From assembly GCA_038256975.1 (NCBI GenBank), contig JBBSJU010000003.1, positions 4,807 to 68,806 of the forward strand: DNA of 64,000 bases, written 5' to 3'. Of the stretch, positions 19,106 through 29,613 are shown in pieces (the stretch's first letter is position 1; the number at the start of each line of letters is the position of its first letter). Below the pieces are notes generated by a model that worked only from the letters and a program-made list of their open reading frames with translations, made no database searches and was not told the DNA's origin. The position numbers and the translations under genes were made by a program. Source of the DNA: Minisyncoccia bacterium (GTDB lineage Bacteria > Patescibacteriota > Minisyncoccia > Phycocordibacterales > UBA5272).

Positions 19106-19933
19106 CTAAACACCACTGTTAGGATTGTTTCGTGCAGAAGAAAGACAAGACTGTAATTCTGTAGTCTGTGTAAACCCACACTCTCCGTTTATTTGGCGTT
19201 CACAACGCGCTGTTTGAAAACAGGCATATTCAGCCCTGTATTCACACGTTGTCATAACGTCTACATCAGAACAAATCTGTCCACTACATCCCGTGCGTCG
19301 GCACTCCTTCTGTCCAGGAGGCGTAAGTAATCCGCTACCAGTATTAGTTTCTTCAAAACGCACCGGTACCCATAAGACACTATTTTTCTTTACATCTCCT
19401 GTAGGGTTTGCTTTGTTAAAAACAAGATAGCCGGTTTTTGTCGCAGGGTCACCATAGGTAATAGTCCCTAAAAAAGACACAAACGCAGTTGAGTTTGTTG
19501 CCCCACTAGCACGAATCGTAAACGCCCCTATTTTTTCTTCTCGTTCATTCCGAACCTCTCCAGAAGCGATACCTTGAGAAAACCATGTTCCTCGTGCAAG
19601 CCCTTCGATTTGTAAACCACTTCGTACGCTACTACCAGAGGTTGGCTCAACGAGTCGAATGTCTTTGTTTGAAAAGCGTGCATTTGTTGCAATACTAGAA
19701 GTTGCTTGTCCATCTGAAAAACGATCACTACAACCTCCGCCTAAAAGTCCACACTTAGGAATACCTAAGAAATCACGCACGATAATTTCCCCGAGTGTTC
19801 TTTTTTTAGTAGCATTATTTTCAGCAATACTGTCAGCAGCTTTTTGAGATGAAGGGAAAACAAGCCATGCAAACAGCGCGATGACAAGAAACCCTATTGC
19901 AAGGAGAGCTATTTTTTTAAGTACGTCAAGCAT
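19106..19933 (-). CDS. Membrane-anchored Gmad2 Ig-like + eight-cysteine-cluster domain protein
   Basis: IEGLARGTWF..G, FVSFLGTI, GYLVFNKANPTG (Gmad2-like); C-terminal CRRTGCSGQIC..TTCEY..YAC..ARC..GECG..SCL with 8 Cys. Confidence 0.75.
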   Translation of the reverse strand: MLDVLKKIALLAIGFLVIALFAWLVFPSSQKAADSIAENNATKKRTLGEIIVRDFLGIPKCGLLGGGCSDRFSDGQATSSIATNARFSNKDIRLVEPTSGSSVRSGLQIEGLARGTWFSQGIASGEVRNEREEKIGAFTIRASGATNSTAFVSFLGTITYGDPATKTGYLVFNKANPTGDVKKNSVLWVPVRFEETNTGSGLLTPPGQKECRRTGCSGQICSDVDVMTTCEYRAEYACFQTARCERQINGECGFTQTTELQSCLSSARNNPNSGV

Positions 19934-19937
19934 ATAT

Positions 19938-20912
19938 CTATCTTACAATACTTTTTTGATTTTGAGCATACAAATCATTTTGGTACTTTGTAACCGTATC
20001 AAGTATTTTTTCCATATCAGCAAAATTATCTTTTGACTGCAAAACAACAGCAACGAACGTATTGCCTCTTATATCTTGAAAAAGCACAGCCAGGTGTTTG
20101 CGCTCCGCATCTGAAGTTCCTGTTTTTGCGCCCAAAAGAGTATACCCGTGTGCAAAACGGTCTATAAGTTTATTTGTCGAATAAGCAGTAAATGTGTGCA
20201 TGCCCGTAATATCCGAAACAAGCACGGCGGGCATAGTAGTAACTTTCAAAAGTTCTGGTGAAGTTTTATACAAATTCACGATAAGGTGCGCTATGTCATT
20301 CGGTGTAGAAGTGTTTTCAACCCATGTATCAGAAAGAATTCGTTCAGTTCCATCTGCTGAGTATAGTTTTGTATCAGAAAGAGAAAAAGCGACAGCTGCC
20401 ATATTCATGTTTTGAACGAATGCTCGCTCCCCTACTGATGACGCAAGGACTCTAGCAGCATCGTTATTAGACTCAACAAGTACTGCCTCAAGGAGCTCTT
20501 TCAAAGAATACACATCTCCAACCGTAAACTTATTGGATGGCCACGGGCCAGAAATTGCCCAATTTGTGATAGTAAACGTATCTGTTAATCGTCGATTTCG
20601 TGTCGCAACATACGCCGTCATTAATTTTGAAATACTCGCAATTGGAAGTTTTTGATATTCATTTTTAGTATAAAGAGGTGTTATCGTACCTGAAGTAAGG
20701 TCAACCGTACCAACATACAAACCAACTGCTTGCACGGGAATTTCCGGGAAAGATACTGGTGGAAAAGTTTTCGTAGCATCTACAATATTTTCAACAAAAC
20801 TAAATTCTCTTTCAATATCTGCGTAATTTTCACTGTACAAAGACGCAGCACCAACAATCCCAATACTTGTTACAGAGATAGTGACCAAAGCTAAGAGAAT
20901 TTTTTGCACCAT
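19938..20912 (-). CDS. D-alanyl-D-alanine carboxypeptidase (peptidase S11)
   Basis: SxxK (ASISK), SxN (SNN) and KTG all present; N-terminal signal/TM. Confidence 0.9.
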   Translation of the reverse strand: MVQKILLALVTISVTSIGIVGAASLYSENYADIEREFSFVENIVDATKTFPPVSFPEIPVQAVGLYVGTVDLTSGTITPLYTKNEYQKLPIASISKLMTAYVATRNRRLTDTFTITNWAISGPWPSNKFTVGDVYSLKELLEAVLVESNNDAARVLASSVGERAFVQNMNMAAVAFSLSDTKLYSADGTERILSDTWVENTSTPNDIAHLIVNLYKTSPELLKVTTMPAVLVSDITGMHTFTAYSTNKLIDRFAHGYTLLGAKTGTSDAERKHLAVLFQDIRGNTFVAVVLQSKDNFADMEKILDTVTKYQNDLYAQNQKSIVR

Positions 20913-20947
20913 GAGTTCTCCTTAGTATACGAAATTTTAATAGAGAA

Positions 20948-21748
20948 TCAAAGTATATTTTTCTCGCACGCTAAGAGGGTGTTTTCAAAAAGTGCTCGCA
21001 CAGTAAGTATTCCTACACCGCCCTTCGTTGGAGTAATTGAAATATCATCACGATCATACAACTCATCTGCAACATCACCATGAATCGCGCCATTTTCCTC
21101 GGCAGTACCTGCGTCAAATACGTACGCACCAGACTGAATATGTGTATTCTTGAGAAGGCTCGTGGCCCCTGTGGCAGAAATTATAACGTTATAATTATGG
21201 AGATCATCTAAACTATCTTCTTTTGTAAAAACTTTTGGCGTAAGGTTTTTCTTTAACAATTCTTTTTCAAGTGGCGCACCTACTAAACGTCCTTTTCCCA
21301 CAAGTGCAATTTTTTTATGCGAAAGGTTTGCAACATGCTTCTCAAGAAGCCAAAGGATTGCTTGTACTGTTGGCGGCACGAAATGTGCGTCTTTGGTAAG
21401 CCCATCAACATCTTTTTCTTTAGTCACTAGATTTAAGACCGTGTCTTGATTAAGTGACGGATGCAGTGGTAACTGCACAATAATTCCATGAATTTCTGGG
21501 TCATTGTTTAAAAAAGTAATTGTTGTTTCTACTTCTTCTGGATTAATATTGTAATGCACCACTTCGACACCAATTTGTTCAGAGTATTTCTTTTTCAATC
21601 GCACATATGTATCAATAACAGACGAGGAAGTAGTTTGAATGATTGCTAATCGAGGAACTATTCCTTTTTTCTCAAATAATTCAACCTGTGCCCTTTGCAC
21701 AATTTCTTGTTCGTCAGCAATTTCTTTTCCTGAAATATATTGCAACAT
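20948..21748 (-). CDS. folD: Methylene-THF dehydrogenase/cyclohydrolase
   Basis: YVRLK, HGIIVQLPL, KDVDG, G.LVG.P, GDV, TP..GGVG.LT. Confidence 0.92.
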   Translation of the reverse strand: MLQYISGKEIADEQEIVQRAQVELFEKKGIVPRLAIIQTTSSSVIDTYVRLKKKYSEQIGVEVVHYNINPEEVETTITFLNNDPEIHGIIVQLPLHPSLNQDTVLNLVTKEKDVDGLTKDAHFVPPTVQAILWLLEKHVANLSHKKIALVGKGRLVGAPLEKELLKKNLTPKVFTKEDSLDDLHNYNVIISATGATSLLKNTHIQSGAYVFDAGTAEENGAIHGDVADELYDRDDISITPTKGGVGILTVRALFENTLLACEKNIL

Positions 21749-21755
21749 AGGTTAA

Positions 21756-23087
21756 TTATTTTCTAAAACTTGTCATAACAAAAGACCGTATTGCTCGCAC
21801 ATCAGCTTCTACGTTTTTTGAACCGTCAAGAATAATTCCTACTGGTCGAGCTGTTTCACCAAAAGGAATGTCAAAAACAAAAACGGCTGTTTGTCCATTT
21901 ACAGAGCTCCTTACCGAACCGCCAACAAACTGAGCGTCCCCTTTAAAAAGGTTATGGTTTTCTATTCCTGAAAATGCTGGTGCACCATAAATTCGTGTTT
22001 CAGCGGTATCAGCACTTATAGTAAGTAAGAACTTTCTATTAAAATACATGTACCGAAGTAGTTGGTAGAGGTCTGAGACAGTTGTGTTGCTTTGCCCCTC
22101 AGCTATGGTTGTTTTAGTGAATCGCGTTTTTTCCATTCCTATTGCCTTTGCTTTTGCAGTGATTAAATCAATCGTTCGAGAAGTCCCAAGTGCACGAGCA
22201 AGCACATGAACTGCTTCCTGAGATGACTCCTGCAAAAGAATGTACAGATAGTCATAAACAGTATATTTCTTGCCCGCCTCTAATCTCGGTTTTAAGGTAG
22301 AAATATTATCAGAGGGATCAACAGTAATCTTACGCTCTATATCCATATATTCAGCTGAAACAATGGCGATAAGTAAATCTTGTGCAATTGAAGCTGAAGT
22401 TTCATCTCCTGAACCTTCTGATGCAAACGTAAACCCGTCAGCAAGATCAGCAACAAGGAAATGCTCGGCTGTTATGGTGCTCGGTCCAAAAGTATATACT
22501 TTCTCAAAATTAATTACATTAGTAACATTTTCATATACAACAAGAGGTGTTCCTTGTGTAATTAAATCAAATACCTTTTTTGCATCTGCTGTTTCCAAAC
22601 GAATACACCCTCCGGAATAGTTAGTACTCACTTCTGTACCGTCCGGATAATATGGAAGGCCGTGAATAAAAAAGTTTCCTTGAAACTGCATACTCCACGG
22701 CATATAAACGTTTCCGATTGAAGAAAGATGATTTTTCTCTTTCGTTTTTATGCTATAGAGCCCTGCAGGAGTTTCCCACCACGAACCTTCTCGTCCTTTT
22801 GCTTTAATAGGTATCGAAAGTAGCGAGACGTTATCTTTGTATACGTCGAGTTGCATTGTGGTTAAATTTGCCAAAACAAACATTTGCCCACTACTTTGCA
22901 GGCGACTAATCTCTTCTTCTAGAAAATTTTTTGATGTTTCGTTTGGAACTATCTTTTGGCGCAAAGTATTTGGAAGATATCCCTCAACGTTTTGCGCAAT
23001 GGTACGAATGTTAAAAAACTGTTGGAACAAAAAGATTCCAACAACGCCAAAGGCTATTCCTAGAGAAATAAGGAGGGGCGCACGCAT
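21756..23087 (-). CDS. L,D-transpeptidase (YkuD) fused to a degenerate S11 carboxypeptidase domain
   Basis: ETPAGLY, MPWSMQF, IHGLP..SGGCIRL; C-terminal S11-like fold with SxxK/SxN/KTG replaced. Confidence 0.85.
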   Translation of the reverse strand: MRAPLLISLGIAFGVVGIFLFQQFFNIRTIAQNVEGYLPNTLRQKIVPNETSKNFLEEEISRLQSSGQMFVLANLTTMQLDVYKDNVSLLSIPIKAKGREGSWWETPAGLYSIKTKEKNHLSSIGNVYMPWSMQFQGNFFIHGLPYYPDGTEVSTNYSGGCIRLETADAKKVFDLITQGTPLVVYENVTNVINFEKVYTFGPSTITAEHFLVADLADGFTFASEGSGDETSASIAQDLLIAIVSAEYMDIERKITVDPSDNISTLKPRLEAGKKYTVYDYLYILLQESSQEAVHVLARALGTSRTIDLITAKAKAIGMEKTRFTKTTIAEGQSNTTVSDLYQLLRYMYFNRKFLLTISADTAETRIYGAPAFSGIENHNLFKGDAQFVGGSVRSSVNGQTAVFVFDIPFGETARPVGIILDGSKNVEADVRAIRSFVMTSFRK

Positions 23088-23185
23088 AATTTGTATCTAC
23101 TATAGCGTACTTTTTCACCTCTTCCAAAAAATCCATGTTCGTGTATACTATTTTGCATTGGGTCACCCTGTCCCCAAATAAACAC

Positions 23186-23261
23186 GGGCCCTTAGCTCAT
23201 TTGGTAGAGCACTGGTTTTGCACTCCAGAGGTGAGCGGTTCGAATCCGCTAGGGTCCACCA
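23186..23261 (+). tRNA. tRNA-Ala(UGC)
   Basis: 76-nt cloverleaf: GGGCCCT/AGGGTCC acceptor with G3:U70, anticodon loop TTTGCAC, GGTTCGAATCC T-arm, encoded CCA. Confidence 0.97.
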
Positions 23262-23269
23262 AACGTTAG

Positions 23270-23294
23270 AAAAAGCCAACTGCTTGGCTTTTTT
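23270..23294. terminator. Bidirectional terminator
   Basis: AAAAAGCCAA-CTGC-TTGGCTTTTT between the tRNA and a convergent CDS. Confidence 0.8.
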
Positions 23295-23327
23295 AGTTTG
23301 TGACTAAAAAACCATTCCTCTTGTTTT

Positions 23328-24491
23328 CTAAAATCGAATCCCCTGCAATTCCCCCTGCTTTTGCTGTAACTCTAGTTCAAACTTTTTGATTTCGCTTTCT
23401 ACATTTCGCTTACGCTGTTCTTTTTGTTGAAGCACAGTGGACTCGGCAGAAATATGTGAAAGCGCTTCCATCTTTTTTGATTCAAGGACCTTTTTTGCAT
23501 CTAAATCTTTTTCATATTGCGTACGCACCGCTTCTGCTGCATCACGTTGTGCCTTTTCATCAGCAAGAAGTTTTAATTCCTCTTGGTGTGCTGTATTCAA
23601 ACCAGCTTCATCACGTTTCTCAAGACTTTCATCTTGCGTAAATGCGGTCTGTGTCCGTTGAATAACATCTTTTTCCTGATCCAGTTCTCTGCGAATTTTT
23701 TCGTGTTCCTGATTGAGACGATATAGCTCCGCATCTTTGCCTTGTGTTGCCTGAAGCAACATTTGCACCTCTTTGTCCTCTTGCACGTGACTGTTATCAA
23801 TTTGTGTTTTTTCCTGCTCTTCTTTAGAAAGTGTTGTTCTTAAGAGCTGGAGTTCACGCTCTAAATCATGAATTCTTTGTTTTGTATTTTGTATCGATTT
23901 TTCAACACCGTCCCGTTCGTGCTCTCTTTTTGCAAGACTTGTTTGTTTTTGGACAAGTTCTTTCTTTTCTTTATCAACATCAGTCCTTAGTTTTTTTACA
24001 GCAGCATCAACGCGCTCAAACTCGATAGTTAAAGCTTCTTTTTTCTGTGTAGCATTCGCAAGTAGTATTTTTTTGTTTTGAGTAGAACCCTCTTCTTGTT
24101 TTTCTTTAGCTGTAAGTCCACTTAGCTTTGTCCGTAATCCTTGCAGTTTTGTTCTGATTGAATCCAATATCTGAGAAATAACAGTTACCTTTTGACCCTC
24201 TTCCGAAACTTTGCGGTCAATAATTTGTAGATCACGTGTAGCCTCTGCAACTTCCCTTTTTCTTTGTTCAAGAAGTCGTGTACCGTGTTCAGTTTCTTGT
24301 TCAAGAGTAGTTGCTTCCTGTTTTCGTCGGGCTATCTCTTGCTGTATTTTTGCAATATCTGCCTGAAGAAGTTGTTTCTTGCGACGCGCTTCCGCCTCCA
24401 CCTGCATTTTGTGTGTACGCTCAGCAACTTCTCTATCGTGTGCAGCCTGTACACTCGCAGCTTTTTTGTCAAAAGGATCAAAAGTAGACAT
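23328..24491 (-). CDS. Long coiled-coil hypothetical protein
   Basis: 387 aa dominated by E/K/Q/L/A, with Pro only near the N-terminus; no TM or ATPase motif. Confidence 0.8.
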   Translation of the reverse strand: MSTFDPFDKKAASVQAAHDREVAERTHKMQVEAEARRKKQLLQADIAKIQQEIARRKQEATTLEQETEHGTRLLEQRKREVAEATRDLQIIDRKVSEEGQKVTVISQILDSIRTKLQGLRTKLSGLTAKEKQEEGSTQNKKILLANATQKKEALTIEFERVDAAVKKLRTDVDKEKKELVQKQTSLAKREHERDGVEKSIQNTKQRIHDLERELQLLRTTLSKEEQEKTQIDNSHVQEDKEVQMLLQATQGKDAELYRLNQEHEKIRRELDQEKDVIQRTQTAFTQDESLEKRDEAGLNTAHQEELKLLADEKAQRDAAEAVRTQYEKDLDAKKVLESKKMEALSHISAESTVLQQKEQRKRNVESEIKKFELELQQKQGELQGIRF

Positions 24492-24513
24492 GAAGACATT
24501 ATCTCATGTTCTT

Positions 24514-27114
24514 TTATTTTTTAAGCATCTTTTTCAAATACTTTCCTGTTTCTGATTTTGCATTCGCAGCCACATTTTCTGGTGTACCTTTGGCAACAAG
24601 CTGTCCTCCACCCGTTCCTCCCTCAGGACCAATATCAAGCACCCAGTCTGATGACTTAATAATATCAAGATTATGCTCAATAAGAATCACTGAGTTACCT
24701 TTGTCGGCAAGACGATTTAAAATTTCAATTAGTTTTGCCACGTCATCATAATGAAGACCAATTGTGGGCTCATCAAGCAAATACATCGTCTTTTCTACAT
24801 GTGGACGATAGAGCTCTGAAGAAATCTTCACGCGCTGCGCTTCTCCACCTGAGAGGGTGTTTGCACTCTGTCCAAGCTCAAGATATCCAAGACCAACATC
24901 ATTGAGCGTCTTCAAGCGATCATGTACCGCGGGGATATCTTCAAAAAACGTGAGTCCTTCTTCTACGGTCATTGTAAGTACATCATAAATACTTTTCTTC
25001 TTGAATTTCACCTCTAGCGTTTCTTTCATGAAGCGCTTACCGCCACACACATCACACTTTACATATACAGTTGGCAAGAAGTGCATTTCTACCGCAATCT
25101 CACCATTTCCTTCGCAGGCTTCACAACGTCCGCCTTTTACATTAAAACTAAATCTTCCTGGTCCCCAGCCACGAATACGCGCTTCTTCACTTGAAGCAAA
25201 TAAATCACGCACATGTGTCCATGCACCTGTGTATGTAGCGGGGTTACTTCGCGGAGTACGTCCAATTGGAGACTGGTCTATAAGCACAGTCCGAGAAAGA
25301 TATTCTGCGCCACTAAAAGAGGTACAGTTTATGTTTTCGATAATCTTTTTACGTTTCTCAAGCCGTTCAGCAAGATTTTTGTACAAAATCTCATACATAA
25401 ACGTAGATTTTCCTGATCCAGAAACACCCGTGATGCATACAATACGTCCAAGAGGAACTTCCACCTTCATGTCTTTAATATTAAATGCATTTCCACCTTC
25501 GATGCGAATCATCCCGCGGTCAAATTCTCGACGCTTTGCAGGAACTTCTATTTTCTTTTCACCTCGCAAATAACCAAGCGTACTTGAACCTGATTCATTT
25601 TTCTTTGCAGTGAGAAGATCCTCGAGATACCCAGAAGCAACAACATTTCCACCATGCACTCCAGCGCCAGGACCAATGTCTACAAGATAGTCTGAGGCGA
25701 AAATAGTATCCTCATCGTGTTCTACGACAATAATGGTATTACCGATATCGCGAAGTTCGGTGAGAGTCTTGATCAATTTGTCATTATCACGTTGATGAAG
25801 ACCGATGGTTGGCTCGTCGAGCACATAGAGAGCTCCCACAAGTTTTGAGCCAAGCTGAGAAGCCAAACGAATACGCTGCGCCTCACCACCTGAGAGTGTG
25901 TTTGCAGTACGACTTAAATGCAAGTACTCAAGACCAACATTAAGCATGAATTGTAGCCGAGAAACAATTTCATTTACAACAACTCGAGAAATTTCTTCTT
26001 CCTGATCTGTAAGTTTAAGGTCAGTGAAAAATTCATGCGCCTCTTTAATAGTAAGGTTTGTTGCTTCTACAATGTTTATTTTTCGATGACTTTCATCTAA
26101 AAAAACATTCATTGCTTCCTTGCGTAAACGCTTACCTCCGCAATCTTCACACGGATCAAGCGACCCGAAATACTTTAGTCCAAGACCATTACACGTAGGA
26201 CACGCGCCGTACGGAGAATTGAAAGAGAAAAGACGTGGCTCTATTTCAGGAAATGAAGCGCCGCACGTACCACACATAAACTTAGAACTCATGATGTGAT
26301 TTTCGCCATTCACATGAATTTCCACTAAACCTTCAGATTCCAAAATTGCGCGTTCTACAGATTCAGAAAGGCGCACCATTGCATCTTTATTGTCTTTCCG
26401 ACGAAGCTCATCAATACCGATTTCATCTACCACAATACTAATATCGTGCTTTTTTTGTTTATCAAGGACTACTTGCTCACGAAGACTCTTCATCTCACCA
26501 TCAACAAAGGCTTTAGTGAATCCCTTTGAAAGCATGTCGTAGAGTAATTGGTAGTACTCACCTTTTCGTCCTCGAACGATTGGTGAAAGAATGGTGAGAG
26601 ATGTTTCTGAATACGCAACACCTAAAACTTCTTTAGAAACTTTTTTGAGATCAACTTTTTTAGCACGCTCAAGAATAAAGTTGATGATTTCTTCATTTGA
26701 AAGTTTCTTGATGTGCGAACCGCACTCAATACAAAATGGTTTTCCAATGCGAGCATACATCACACGCATGTAGTCGTAGATTTCAGTAATTGTCGCAACT
26801 GTTGAACGCGGATTGTTTGAGCGAGATTTTTGGTCAATAGAAATAGCAGGTGAAAGTCCAACGATTTCGTCTACATCAGGCTTTTGCATCTGATTAAGGA
26901 ATTGTCGAGCATATGAAGAAAGGGATTCAATGTAGCGTCGCTGCCCTTCGGCAAAAATAGTATCAAACGCCAAAGAAGACTTTCCTGATCCAGAAAGTCC
27001 GGTAAAAACTACCATCTTATTGCGTGGCAATTCAACGCTGATGTTCTTCAGATTGTGAGTGCGCGCACCACGAACGATAATCTTGTCACTTGGCTCAATT
27101 TTCTTTTTACTCAC
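24514..27114 (-). CDS. uvrA: Excinuclease ABC subunit A (insertion domain apparently deleted)
   Basis: Two ABC cassettes ([24 protein letters not shown] twice), Zn-finger Cys pairs; GTG start. Confidence 0.98.
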   Translation of the reverse strand: MSKKKIEPSDKIIVRGARTHNLKNISVELPRNKMVVFTGLSGSGKSSLAFDTIFAEGQRRYIESLSSYARQFLNQMQKPDVDEIVGLSPAISIDQKSRSNNPRSTVATITEIYDYMRVMYARIGKPFCIECGSHIKKLSNEEIINFILERAKKVDLKKVSKEVLGVAYSETSLTILSPIVRGRKGEYYQLLYDMLSKGFTKAFVDGEMKSLREQVVLDKQKKHDISIVVDEIGIDELRRKDNKDAMVRLSESVERAILESEGLVEIHVNGENHIMSSKFMCGTCGASFPEIEPRLFSFNSPYGACPTCNGLGLKYFGSLDPCEDCGGKRLRKEAMNVFLDESHRKINIVEATNLTIKEAHEFFTDLKLTDQEEEISRVVVNEIVSRLQFMLNVGLEYLHLSRTANTLSGGEAQRIRLASQLGSKLVGALYVLDEPTIGLHQRDNDKLIKTLTELRDIGNTIIVVEHDEDTIFASDYLVDIGPGAGVHGGNVVASGYLEDLLTAKKNESGSSTLGYLRGEKKIEVPAKRREFDRGMIRIEGGNAFNIKDMKVEVPLGRIVCITGVSGSGKSTFMYEILYKNLAERLEKRKKIIENINCTSFSGAEYLSRTVLIDQSPIGRTPRSNPATYTGAWTHVRDLFASSEEARIRGWGPGRFSFNVKGGRCEACEGNGEIAVEMHFLPTVYVKCDVCGGKRFMKETLEVKFKKKSIYDVLTMTVEEGLTFFEDIPAVHDRLKTLNDVGLGYLELGQSANTLSGGEAQRVKISSELYRPHVEKTMYLLDEPTIGLHYDDVAKLIEILNRLADKGNSVILIEHNLDIIKSSDWVLDIGPEGGTGGGQLVAKGTPENVAANAKSETGKYLKKMLKK

Positions 27115-27160
27115 AAGTATAAATGTAACACAAAGGACGAAAACGGACGATTATTACAAT

Positions 27161-27198
27161 AAAAAACACCCCAACGCCATCGCGTCGAGGACTTGTTT
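27161..27198 (-). terminator. Probable terminator of the small orphan gene
   Basis: Minus strand CCTCGACGC-GATG-GCGTTGGGG followed by TGTTTTTT. Confidence 0.6.
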
Positions 27199-27218
27199 GG
27201 TAGTATTTGATCTTATGA

Positions 27219-27431
27219 TCACCGAGCTACCCTCTCAGGGTCTCTCAGGGTCACAATTCCCATTACGGTTTCGAGGTCATCGAGACCAACTTGGTCAGGA
27301 TCATCCGCCGGAAGAGTCCGACTGTCCTCATCTTGGCGAACAGTCACGTGACTCCTCTCGTCCCATCGACCTGGAAGAACCTTTTGTTTATAATCGCCGA
27401 ATCGGTTAATAGGACGCTCTTTTTTTGCCAT
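27219..27431 (-). CDS. Orphan 70-aa protein inserted between uvrB and uvrA
   Basis: Perfect AAGGAGG 7 nt before ATG; own terminator; fills the intergenic gap. Confidence 0.75.
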   Translation of the reverse strand: MAKKERPINRFGDYKQKVLPGRWDERSHVTVRQDEDSRTLPADDPDQVGLDDLETVMGIVTLRDPERVAR

Positions 27432-27496
27432 TTCGAATCCTCCTTGGTTACAATTTATTTATAACATCAAAAATATTATACTGTCCTCAAGTAGAT

Positions 27497-29509
27497 TTAT
27501 TGCGTCATCCGCTCTTTCAAAATCTTTATTTCGTCACGCAAGATTGCTGCGGTTTCAAAATCAAGCACCTTCACCGCTTCTTTCATTTGTTTTTCTTTTA
27601 TCTTGAGGAGCTTATTTGGATTTTTATCAAAAAGTTTTCTATCGATAGCAAGCTCTCCCTGTACCGCTTTGTCGTGGACTTTACTCAACTGATTAGTAAT
27701 ATCTTTAATATTCTTTTGAATCGTCTGTGGAGTAATGCCGTGTTCCTTGTTGTAGGCAATTTGCGTATCACGACGGCGTGTTGTTTCGTTGATAGCGCGC
27801 ACCATTGACCCCGTCATATTGTCGGCATACAAAATAACCCGACCTTTGTCATTGCGCGCAGCACGTCCAATAGTTTGAATAAGTGATGTTTCGCTACGCA
27901 AAAATCCTTCTTTGTCAGCATCCAAAATACCAATAAAAGAAACTTCAGGTAAATCCAAGCCTTCACGAAGAAGGTTTACACCCACCAAACAATCAAATTC
28001 CCCTCTTCGGAACTGGGTAAGAATCTGAATACGTTCGATGGTCTTAATATCACTGTGTAAATATTCTGCTTTTATTTTCTGTTCTTTTAAGAAAACACTC
28101 AGATCTTCGGCCATTTTTTTAGTGAGGGTTGTTGCGAGGACTCGTCCACCTGTTTTTATTTCTTTTACGGCCTCGGCAATAAAATCCTGCACTTGCCCCC
28201 CGTAGGTTCCCTTCTCAAGTACTGGACGCACAGAAAGTTGCGGATCCAAAAGCCCTGTTGGACGAATGATCTGCTGAACTATTTGTTCTGAATTTTCACG
28301 CTCAAAGTTTCCCGGTGTTGCAGATACATAAATAGTTTGTCCTACTCGATTAGCAAACTCTTCATAGCGAAGCGGACGATTATCTTTTGCACTTGGAAGA
28401 CGGAAGCCGAATTCAACAAGAGTATTCTTACGAGACTGATCACCGGCATACATACCGTGTAGTTGTGGCAAAGTAACGTGACTTTCATCTATTACTGTCA
28501 AAAAGTCCGGGGTACCATCTTTTTTGTGAGGGAAATACGCAATAAGAGTATCTGGCGGTTCGCCGACTGTTTTTCCTGAGAGATGACGAGAATAGTTTTC
28601 AATTCCAGAACAAAAACCAATTTCTCGAATCATTGCTAAGTCATATGTGGTGCGACGCTTGATGCGCTCGTATTCTAGAAGCTTCCCTTCGTCTTCAAAT
28701 TTCTTCAACTGCATTTTAAGTTCTGCTTCAATTGTCTTTACTGCCCTATTTCTTGTTGGCTCATCTGAAATGAAGTGCTTTGCCGGGAAAATAAAATAAT
28801 CTTGTACATTTTCAAGGAGCTTCATGGACACTGGGTCAATCACCGCAAGTGCTGAAATAACTCCAGCTGAAAAATCAATTGAGAGCATTACCGTCTCAGA
28901 CACTGGCATGACATCAACTCGGTTTCCCACTGCACGAAACTGTCCTGGAGAAAGATCTGCATTCGTGCGTTCATAGTGGATAGCCACGAGTCGCTTCATG
29001 ATGTCTACCTTGGTGTACTTCTCACCAATCTTTAAATGAATATTTTCTCGTTCATATTCTTTTGGACTTCCCAAACCATAAATACAAGAAACGGAGGCAA
29101 CAATAATGACGTCTTTGCGTGTAAGTAACGCCTGGGTTGAGGCATGACGAAGCCGATCTATCTCTTCATTTATCATTGCATCTTTTTCAATGAAAGTGTC
29201 AGTCGCAGGCATATATGCCTCTGGCTGATAGTAGTCGTAGTAGGACACAAAATAATGCACCGCAGCATCAGGAAAAAATTCTCGGAATTCTTGGGCGAGT
29301 TGAGCGGCGAGAGTTTTATTGTGCGCAATCACAAGAGTTGGCTTCTGGATTTCTTGAATAACACTTGCAATAGTAAATGTTTTACCTGTTCCGGTAGCAC
29401 CAAGAAGGGTTTGCGTTTGCATACCCTTCTTAATTCCTTTCACAAGACCCTTTATAGCTTTTGGCTGATCGCCTGCCGGGGTAAAACCTTTGAGATTAAA
29501 ATGATTCAC
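27497..29509 (-). CDS. uvrB: Excinuclease ABC subunit B
   Basis: PAGDQP, GATGTGKT, YYDYYQPEAY, DESH, QTIGRAARN, C-terminal UVR domain. Start moved to GTG 29509. Confidence 0.98.
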   Translation of the reverse strand: MNHFNLKGFTPAGDQPKAIKGLVKGIKKGMQTQTLLGATGTGKTFTIASVIQEIQKPTLVIAHNKTLAAQLAQEFREFFPDAAVHYFVSYYDYYQPEAYMPATDTFIEKDAMINEEIDRLRHASTQALLTRKDVIIVASVSCIYGLGSPKEYERENIHLKIGEKYTKVDIMKRLVAIHYERTNADLSPGQFRAVGNRVDVMPVSETVMLSIDFSAGVISALAVIDPVSMKLLENVQDYFIFPAKHFISDEPTRNRAVKTIEAELKMQLKKFEDEGKLLEYERIKRRTTYDLAMIREIGFCSGIENYSRHLSGKTVGEPPDTLIAYFPHKKDGTPDFLTVIDESHVTLPQLHGMYAGDQSRKNTLVEFGFRLPSAKDNRPLRYEEFANRVGQTIYVSATPGNFERENSEQIVQQIIRPTGLLDPQLSVRPVLEKGTYGGQVQDFIAEAVKEIKTGGRVLATTLTKKMAEDLSVFLKEQKIKAEYLHSDIKTIERIQILTQFRRGEFDCLVGVNLLREGLDLPEVSFIGILDADKEGFLRSETSLIQTIGRAARNDKGRVILYADNMTGSMVRAINETTRRRDTQIAYNKEHGITPQTIQKNIKDITNQLSKVHDKAVQGELAIDRKLFDKNPNKLLKIKEKQMKEAVKVLDFETAAILRDEIKILKERMTQ

Positions 29510-29544
29510 ACGTAGAAGTGTACCTGAAAATATTAAAAATAAGA

Positions 29545-29572
29545 ATGCGCTCCCCGACGAGCGGGGGCGCAT
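29545..29572 (-). terminator. GC-rich terminator hairpin
   Basis: ATGCGCTCCCCG...CGGGGGCGCAT followed by TCTTATTTTT on the minus strand. Confidence 0.7.
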
Positions 29573-29613
29573 GTTTTCTTGAATGTTCAACGGAACCTCG
29601 GCAACACCGTTGC

